Shown here: piece by piece, positions 35,722 to 43,568 of the stretch
How positions within the stretch are numbered: the first letter of the stretch is position 1
Layout: every line of letters begins with the position of its first letter
Assembly: GCF_001194135.2 (NCBI RefSeq)
Contig: NC_068985.1
Location: 110,688,176 to 110,731,743, forward strand
DNA: 43,568 bases
Direction: 5' to 3'
Source: Octopus bimaculoides
Lineage: Eukaryota
Notes under the pieces: generated by a model
Databases searched by the model: none
The model's input: only the letters and a program-made list of their open reading frames with translations
Told to the model about the DNA's origin: nothing
Translations under genes and position numbers: made by a program

Positions 35722-36389
35722 TAACAACAACCTCAGCAAAGGTAACGATTTAACAATATCTGCTTTACGTCCACTTGTGTGTAGTCATTATCTAACCGTT
35801 TTTTTTTTTATTGCTTCCTATCTGCCATCTTTAGGCAGAGGGAAATGTCGAACTTTATAAGAATTATTTCGAAATATGCGATATGTAGAAGTATCCATTT
35901 ACTGATAGCTTCAAGTGATCATCGGATTGTTAGCGATGCGCATTCAACCGCTGTTAATCTCAGCATTTCTACTTACGCGCATTTCATTACGGAACAATCC
36001 TCAGCGGCGACTCAACAATCTCGTTTTAAATTACCGTTAATGCATTGAACCGTTCCTTAAAGTTTATTTGACCCCGGTGGCACAACAGTTTATACAAATT
36101 CAAATGAAGGGTTAATTACGAATCTAAATTCAGATCTATTCATGTAAAAGTAACAAAATATTCCGATTTGTATTTTGAACCGATTTGTTGTGTTTTTTCT
36201 TCCTTCTTTTTCCTTTTAAATGGGAATGCATTCATCCAGTAATTTTAATATCCTCAAATTGTAACAGCAAAAACATATTCACATTAGAAATAATAAAAAT
36301 AAAAACAAATTAATTCTTTACCGCTATTTGTAATTTTGACTTTTACGCATGTTTTACATGTTGGTTCGTTTCAATTAAATGTAATCAGC

Positions 36390-36436
<47 letters not shown>

Positions 36437-37643
36437 TAATAATAATAATGTTCTTCCGACCTTGGATTTTGTTTGCCATTTACATAATATCTACGTTTAA
36501 CTTGCCGTTCATAATTTAAAACGTTTAACTCGACATTCTCTACATTTACCACAACGTTCTGGAAAATAGGGGAACCAAGAAAACAGAAAATGGAATTTTC
36601 ACGCTAAAACTTCATCGAAGTTGATGCAAGTTATCAATCACGTTTATAACAATGTGTTTGTAATGTGCATCCGTTATATTTTCAAGCAACTCTTCGAAAA
36701 ATATATTGAAATAACTGTCAGGCTTCTAACTAACACAGAAGAAATATTGCTTTCAAAATTGTCATCTTACATCAACCTTCTTATATTTAGTCGAACGTAA
36801 AAACTACTAGCTTTTAATTTTGCGCCGGTTTTTATCTAAAATATTATGGCAGACATATCTGAATGCTCCTCTGTCTTCACAGCTCTTAATCAAACACTTA
36901 ATCAAATACTTAATCAAATACTTATTCATCATAAGTACATGCAGAGTAGTGGGTAAACATTATTTTGGAGAGGGCCTTAAGGATATTGCAACAGCGAAGA
37001 ATCCCGACGAGATCCATCTGCAGGTAATCAGATTTTCTGTATGAAATTACTTAAGTCAGACAATGGTGCAGTCCTTGAGGTGAAATTAAGAGTGAAATTA
37101 ATTTGAAATGAAAGGAAGTTAATTATGTTTTATGATAATTTAGCATTAAAATCCAAGATCGGAAGATCTATACTTTCTATTGTTTCAAATGATTATTGAA
37201 GGTCTCGATACAGCGAGATATACAGCAACAAAGATCTTCCCGTGGTCATTTAATTTGCTAGAAATAACAGCCAAATCATTGTCTACCTTATGAAAAGGGT
37301 TACATTGAATTAATACAATCAGGGGTACATAGTTCCTAAAAAAAAAAAAAGAGAAATATTCATGACAGACATAGTTAAATGCATTTAATGATAGGTTTGC
37401 TTAATCATGGCCAAGTATGAACTAAGCAGCAACAACAACATCAACAAGTATAAAGATTTCTTTCAATTGGCAGAAGCATCAGATGGTGAGATCATTACAA
37501 GGACAGTTTACAGTTTGTGTGGGGGTTTAAATAAAAGATGATGGGAAGAAAAGAAGAGGAGTGACAGATAAGATATATGTATCCAGAGAATACAAAATAT
37601 GTGAACATATCTGTGAACATATATCAACATATATGTGAACATA

Positions 37644-38063
37644 TAGGCGCGGGAGTGGCTGTGTGGTAAGTAGCTTGCTTGCCAACCACATGGTTCCAGG
37701 TTCAGTCCCACTGCGTGGCACCTTGGGCAAGTGTCTTCTACTATAGCCTCGGGCCGACCAAAGCCTTGTGAGGGGATTTGGTAGACGGAAACTGAAAGAA
37801 GCCCGTCGTATATATGTATGTATATATGTATATGTATGTGTGTGTATATGTTTGTGTCTGTGTTTGTCCCCCCCCCAACATCGCTTGACAACCGATGCTG
37901 GTGTGTTTATGTCCCCGTAACTTAGCGGTTCGGCAAAAGAGGCCGATAGAATAAGTACTAGGCTTCCAAAGAATAAGTCCTGGGGTCGATTTGCTCGACT
38001 AAAGGCGGTGCTCCAGCATGGCCGCAGTCAAATGACTGAAACAAGTAAAAGAGTAAAAGAGTA
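37644..38063 (+). mobile_element. SINE family A, full length, young-looking copy
   Basis: Complete head, internal microsatellite and gtaaaagagtaaaagagta tail; close to the other copies. Confidence 0.92.
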
Positions 38064-38134
38064 TATCTATGTTGCTGACTCTCTGATACAATAGAAGATC
38101 CAACTAGGGTCAATCAAGGAACCTTACAGGTCCG

Positions 38135-38272
38135 TAAAAACGGACGAAATGCCGCTAAGCATTTTACCCAGAATGTTACTAAAGTTGACTTCGGCGGAAT
38201 TTGAACTCAGAACTCAGAAAGGCGGACGAAATGCCGTTAGGAGTTTTGCTCGGTGTGCTAACGATTCGGCAA
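38135..38272 (-). mobile_element. SINE family B head, partly duplicated
   Basis: cggacgaaatgccg.ta occurs twice; also ggcggaatttgaactcagaac and gtgctaacgattc. Confidence 0.65.
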
Positions 38273-38403
38273 TGTTAATTAATAAGGAGTGTCGATTCGC
38301 AGCAGCAGCTGTAATGGTAGAGGCGTAGTTATATATTATATACGTCTATCCGTCCATTCATTCATTCCTGCATGCATGTATACATACATACATACATACA
38401 TAC

Positions 38404-38800
38404 AAAAATGAAGAAACCTACAAACAAAGTTGACCATATTGATTGAGACTGATGAGGCAAACGAATATTGATAGAAGTTAAAGATTAAAAGATCCATCAA
38501 GGTAAAACACAACCGGTCAGATATCGTTGTGTGGGACCGCAAAGAAAAGATATGTTCTGTTGCGGTAATCACCTGTCCTCTGGACACGAATGTGGTTAGA
38601 AAAATACAAGAGGACATCGGATAAGGAATCTTTCAGCTTCATACCTGTTATTATTGGAGTAACAGGATACATGCCAACCCATCTGGAGTAAAGTATGGCT
38701 GAATTTGGGATCTTGGAGAAATCCTTAATTTATATGCTACAAATGATCACGATATCTGAGACTATAAAAATCTGCAAGATCTTCTTGAGATTTGAAAGAT
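38404..38800 (+). mobile_element. Decayed REL-endonuclease LINE fragment (R4/Dong-like)
   Basis: VKHNRSDIVVWDRKEKICSVAVITCPLDTNVVRKIQE ... FSFIPVIIGVTGYMPTHLE*SMAEFGILEK...TIKICKIFLRFE matches the HNRPDIVV..D and IPVIIG motifs of restriction-like endonucleases. Its C-terminus is homologous to 11741-11956. Confidence 0.8.
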
Positions 38801-38970
38801 GATGGATAAAACAAGTTATTTTCCTTCTCAACCTTGCTACCGGTCAAATTTTACTCCAAATTAAAAGAGGAAGAGAAGAACACACACTTAAACACACTCA
38901 CACACACACAGTTATGTCTATCCATGTATGTATGTATGTATGTATGTATGTATGTATGTATGTACGTACG

Positions 38971-39013
<43 letters not shown>

Positions 39014-39049
39014 GTATTTATATATGTATGTATACATGTATGTATGCAT

Positions 39050-39378
39050 ATGGCTCAGTGGTTATAGCGTCAAGCTCATAATTATGAGATAGCGAGTTCG
39101 ATTCCCAGACCAGGGTGTGTTGGGTTCTTGAGAAAGACACTTCATTTCACGTTGCTCCAGTTCACTCAGCTGTAGAAATGAATTGCAACGCCACTGGTAC
39201 CAAGGTGTATCGGCCTTTGCCTTACTCTTGGATAACATCAGTGGTGTGAAAAGGGGAGGCTGGTATGCACAGGTGACTGCTGGTCTTCCATATAAACGAC
39301 ATTGCCGGAGTTGTGTCTCGGAGGGTAACTTTCTAAGTGCGATCTCATGGTCGTTCATGACCGAAGGGGGTCTCCTCA
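39050..39378 (+). mobile_element. tRNA-derived SINE family E, long copy
   Basis: tggctcagtggttatagcg (A box), gagttcgattccc (B box), then cttgagaaagacacttcatttcacgttgctccagttcactcagctg. Confidence 0.8.
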
Positions 39379-40123
39379 TATTCATATATATANNNNNNNN
39401 NNNNNNNNNNNNNNNNNNNNNNNNNNNNNNNNNNNNNNNNNNNNNNNNNNNNNNNNNNNNNNNNNNNNNNNNNNNNNNNNNNNNNNNNNNNNNNNNNNNN
39501 NNNNNNNNNNNNNNNNNNNNNNNNNNNNNNNNNNNNNNNNNNNNNNNNNNNNNNNNNNNNNNNNNNNNNNNNNNNNNNNNNNNNNNNNNNNNNNNNNNNN
39601 NNNNNNNNNNNNNNNNNNNNNNNNNNNNNNNNNNNNNNNNNNNNNNNNNNNNNNNNNNNNNNNNNNNNNNNNNNNNNNNNNNNNNNNNNNNNNNNNNNNN
39701 NNNNNNNNNNNNNNNNNNNNNNNNNNNNNNNNNNNNNNNNNNNNNNNNNNNNNNNNNNNNNNNNNNNNNNNNNNNNNNNNNNNNNNNNNNNNNNNNNNNN
39801 NNNNNNNNNNNNNNNNNNNNNNNNNNNNNNNNNNNNNNNNNNNNNNNNNNNNNNNNNNNNNNNNNNNNNNNNNNNNNNNNNNNNNNNNNNNNNNNNNNNN
39901 NNNNNNNNNNNNNNNNNNNNNNNNNNNNNNNNNNNNNNNNNNNNNNNNNNNNNNNNNNNNNNNNNNNNNNNNNNNNNNNNNNNNNNNNNNNNNNNNNNNN
40001 NNNNNNNNNNNNNNNNNNNNNNNNNNNNNNNNNNNNNNNNNNNNNNNNNNNNNNNNNNNNNNNNNNNNNNNNNNNNNNNNNNNNNNNNNNNNNNNNNNNN
40101 NNNNNNNNNNNNNNNNNNNNNNN

Positions 40124-40213
40124 CACTTACCCAAGGTGCTACGCAGTGGGACTGAATCCGGCATCATGTGACTGAGATTTGAACTTCTTATCACATAGCC
40201 ACGCCTGCGCCTA
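40124..40213 (-). mobile_element. SINE family A head, diverged, rest in gap
   Basis: cacttacccaaggtgctacgcagtgggactgaatccgg...cacatagccacgcctgcgcctat. Confidence 0.75.
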
Positions 40214-42035
40214 TATATCATTAAATAAAAACTATATTGTAAATATAGGGTTTGAGGTGTGTGTGGTTGTAAAAAACCTCAGAAATACTGCCTAACAAAA
40301 ATTGATATAGTACTCAATACATGTGTAGTGTCTAAATATTTTATTTACCTATATTCCATTTGGATAATTCATCGTAAATAATGGCTTGTATTTCTAGATA
40401 TTTAAAAGTTGGAATATTTTATCTATTTCGTATTACTAAATAGTATCTATATGTTCACGAACGCAACTGTATATTTAGATGGATGGATAAAAATGCAATA
40501 TAAAAGAAATAAACATTAGTATGTCGGAAATATTTTTAAAAAATGTATCTAATTGAATAAAAATAATTATTTAGACAAATGTTATTTTCGAGACTACATA
40601 TGGAGGCGATATTTTCTTAAAACACATTTGAGTAATGCGGTTTATGCGATGACATCAATGCATTCCGTTTATAACATTACATTTTGTTGCAGTTTTCTGA
40701 ACCTGTTTTTCATCTTTCTTTTTATAAATTTGAATAAAATTTATATTTTACACAATATACATACACTGTTTGACAAAATATACAATAATATTCAAAATAT
40801 AATTTAATAAACTCTTGAATTGGCACCCAACGATAAGCATACAGAAGGATTAAAATAACGGTGATACTTATTCGAATTATGAAGCGAGATTCAACGCTTT
40901 CGAAAAAAATAACAAAACAAGAAGATTCCGTCGGTTGGAAGGAGTTATTATTTCTCAGACGTTTATACAGTTATTCTGTATCAACTGAAGGTTTAGTATG
41001 CTTTTTTCTTCTGTTTTTTTTTTACCTTTTTCAAAGAAAACAAAACCAGGCTGATATTTGTTTTCTTTGCAACTAGACCTACTTCGATTTCTTGCAATAA
41101 AATAAAATAAAAATAAAATAGAAAAATAAACAAAAAAGCATAATTGAATTAACGATTGATATTGGTATTTTTTTAGCATTGAGGGAATGTTATCAAACGA
41201 AAATGACAAGCTTCTGTGTTATTGTTGAACACTGATAAATCTTTCAGCTTCTCACAATCTAATTTCGTATATTTTTTCTGTCTTCCTTTGAAAAGGAAAC
41301 ATATNNNNNNNNNNNNNNNNNNNNNNNNNNNNNNNNNNNNNNNNNNNNNNNNNNNNNNNNNNNNNNNNNNNNNNNNNNNNNNNNNNNNNNNNNNNNNNNN
41401 NNNNNNNNNNNNNNNNNNNNNNNNNNNNNNNNNNNNNNNNNNNNNNNNNNNNNNNNNNNNNNNNNNNNNNNNNNNNNNNNNNNNNNNNNNNNNNNNNNNN
41501 NNNNNNNNNNNNNNNNNNNNNNNNNNNNNNNNNNNNNNNNNNNNNNNNNNNNNNNNNNNNNNNNNNNNNNNNNNNNNNNNNNNNNNNNNNNNNNNNNNNN
41601 NNNNNNNNNNNNNNNNNNNNNNNNNNNNNNNNNNNNNNNNNNNNNNNNNNNNNNNNNNNNNNNNNNNNNNNNNNNNNNNNNNNNNNNNNNNNNNNNNNNN
41701 NNNNNNNNNNNNNNNNNNNNNNNNNNNNNNNNNNNNNNNNNNNNNNNNNNNNNNNNNNNNNNNNNNNNNNNNNNNNNNNNNNNNNNNNNNNNNNNNNNNN
41801 NNNNNNNNNNNNNNNNNNNNNNNNNNNNNNNNNNNNNNNNNNNNNNNNNNNNNNNNNNNNNNNNNNNNNNNNNNNNNNNNNNNNNNNNNNNNNNNNNNNN
41901 NNNNNNNNNNNNNNNNNNNNNNNNNNNNNNNNNNNNNNNNNNNNNNNNNNNNNNNNNNNNNNNNNNNNNNNNNNNNNNNNNNNNNNNNNNNNNNNNNNNN
42001 NNNNNNNNNNNNNNNNNNNNNNNNNNNNNNNNNGT

Positions 42036-42503
42036 AAGCCGCGGCCGGGCCCCCTCGCACTCGTCGGCCCTCTAACAGTGCAGCCTCAGCCGAGCAACGA
42101 GCAAGTAGAAGCGGCGTCATCAGCGGTGAACGAAGCCCGCAAATCGTTTCCGCTGTCGTTATGCTTCCTTCTCGTTCTCTCTCTGGCAGCTGCCGACCGC
42201 GCAGTTTTCACCCAGCCTGCGTCCGCCCGAATACAGTGCGCTAGGCCGACGGTGCTGCACGCTTTGCGGCTCCACGAACATCAATATCTCTCTCGTCTTC
42301 CTTCCTGGTGTCTACTTGAGTGCAAAGTGCCAATTTTGAAATGGTATCTACTTGAGTGCAAAGTGCCGATTTTGAAATGGTGTCTACTTGAGCGCAATGT
42401 ATTGATATTGAATCACTGTTCTCCCAAGGACATAACATCCATACTGAGGCTGTGTCTTCTTGAACGCAAGGTGTCTATTTTGAAGCAATGTGGACTTAAC
42501 TGA
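42036..42503 (+). CDS. Candidate 155-codon open frame entering from a gap; unknown product with a hydrophobic stretch and 12-aa C-terminal repeats
   Basis: Stop-free from the gap edge (KPRPGPLALVGPLTVQPQ...) to TGA at 42501-42503; GC- and CpG-rich 5' part. No ATG start and no recognisable domain. Confidence 0.25.
   Translation, partial: KPRPGPLALVGPLTVQPQPSNEQVEAASSAVNEARKSFPLSLCFLLVLSLAAADRAVFTQPASARIQCARPTVLHALRLHEHQYLSRLPSWCLLECKVPILKWYLLECKVPILKWCLLERNVLILNHCSPKDITSILRLCLLERKVSILKQCGLN
42306..42485. repeat. 36-bp tandem repeat, five in-register units of increasing divergence
   Basis: Units start at 42306, 42342, 42378, 42414 (degenerate) and 42450; consensus tggtgtctacttgagtgcaaagtgccaattttgaaa. 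Confidence 0.9.
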
Positions 42504-42792
42504 ACACGAAAGGCTGTTTCAACGTGGTGTGAGCATCAGTTATATGGGATGTTTATTTAAAATATGGTTTATATTTGTTTATCGATTTAACACGCCATTT
42601 CAAAAGCAAAAAATAAAAATCTGTCCATCATCGAACGTTGCTCATCGACCCCATGTTTCCGACACACGTACATACACATATACACATATATGTACATATA
42701 TAAACACATACAGCGACATATCTATCTATCTACGCATACATACACAAACACGTATGTCTGTGTGTATGTGCATATATATATATACATATATA

Positions 42793-42874
<82 letters not shown>

Positions 42875-43426
42875 TNNNNNNNNNNNNNNNNNNNNNNNNN
42901 NNNNNNNNNNNNNNNNNNNNNNNNNNNNNNNNNNNNNNNNNNNNNNNNNNNNNNNNNNNNNNNNNNNNNNNNNNNNNNNNNNNNNNNNNNNNNNNNNNNN
43001 NNNNNNNNNNNNNNNNNNNNTATATATATATATATATGCATATATACATGTACATAAACACACATACACACAAACACACATATATATAGAGAGAGAGCAA
43101 TATATAACAAAAGTGAGAGGGTGAGTGATAAAGATAGTGATATGGAAAGAGAGAGAAAAAATTGGTAACAAAATGACAGAGAAACAAATATGGTCTCATT
43201 TTTGTTTCTGTCTGTGATAACTGTAATTTACCAGGATAGACGTATATACTTATTTAAATATAAACATCATCAGAACATCAGAAATAAACAATGAGTATTT
43301 AATTGAATAAAAAAATTTGTCAAGACAAATTTTACTTTCAAGATTACATACGTGGGCGATACTTTCTTAAAACACATTTTGGTAATACAGTTTACTCAAT
43401 ACATACACACGTGTATATATATGCAT

Positions 43427-43427
43427 A

Positions 43428-43462
<35 letters not shown>

Positions 43463-43505
43463 AGATATGTCTATATATATGTATATATAAATATATATAT
43501 ATACA

Positions 43506-43568
<63 letters not shown>
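43427..43568. repeat. (TAAA)n then (TA)n to the window end
   Basis: Direct reading. Confidence 0.95.

Larger units (their letters stand above)
40545..43395. repeat. Diverged 101-bp direct repeat pair (40545-40645 and 43295-43395)
   Basis: Manual ungapped alignment gives 82/101 identity. Confidence 0.85.

Noticed and set aside
38448-38470. CTGATGAG...GAAT as a hammerhead core
   Set aside because: It lacks GAAA and flanking stems and lies inside the LINE-derived coding relic.

Overview
Eukaryotic, AT-rich, repeat-saturated genomic DNA from a gapped draft assembly: 14 N-runs, about 6.7 kb in total, most flanked by microsatellites. The SINE families, the microsatellite density and the gap pattern look like an Octopus (coleoid cephalopod) genome; this is recognition from memory, not a database result. 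No complete protein-coding gene, rRNA, true tRNA or CRISPR array can be supported. The window reads as intronic or intergenic, and almost all supplied ORFs are microsatellite or gap artefacts. Supported content: many tRNA-derived SINE copies from several families; a decayed mariner transposase and a separate mariner 3' end; a TA-flanked Tc1/mariner-type MITE; a possible hAT MITE; a Helitron-like 3' end; two Penelope-like element (PLE) coding relics; two PLE-type terminal repeats carrying an atypical minimal hammerhead motif; and two restriction-like-endonuclease (R4/Dong-like) LINE 3' fragments that both abut (TACA)n. The most interesting unexplained structures are: a pair of ungapped 75%-identical 89-nt hairpins 207 nt apart (candidate miRNA or other structured-RNA pair); a ~455-bp foldback inverted repeat; and a GC-rich gap-adjacent 155-codon ORF ending in five in-register 12-aa repeats. 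Several small candidate exons are listed at low confidence.
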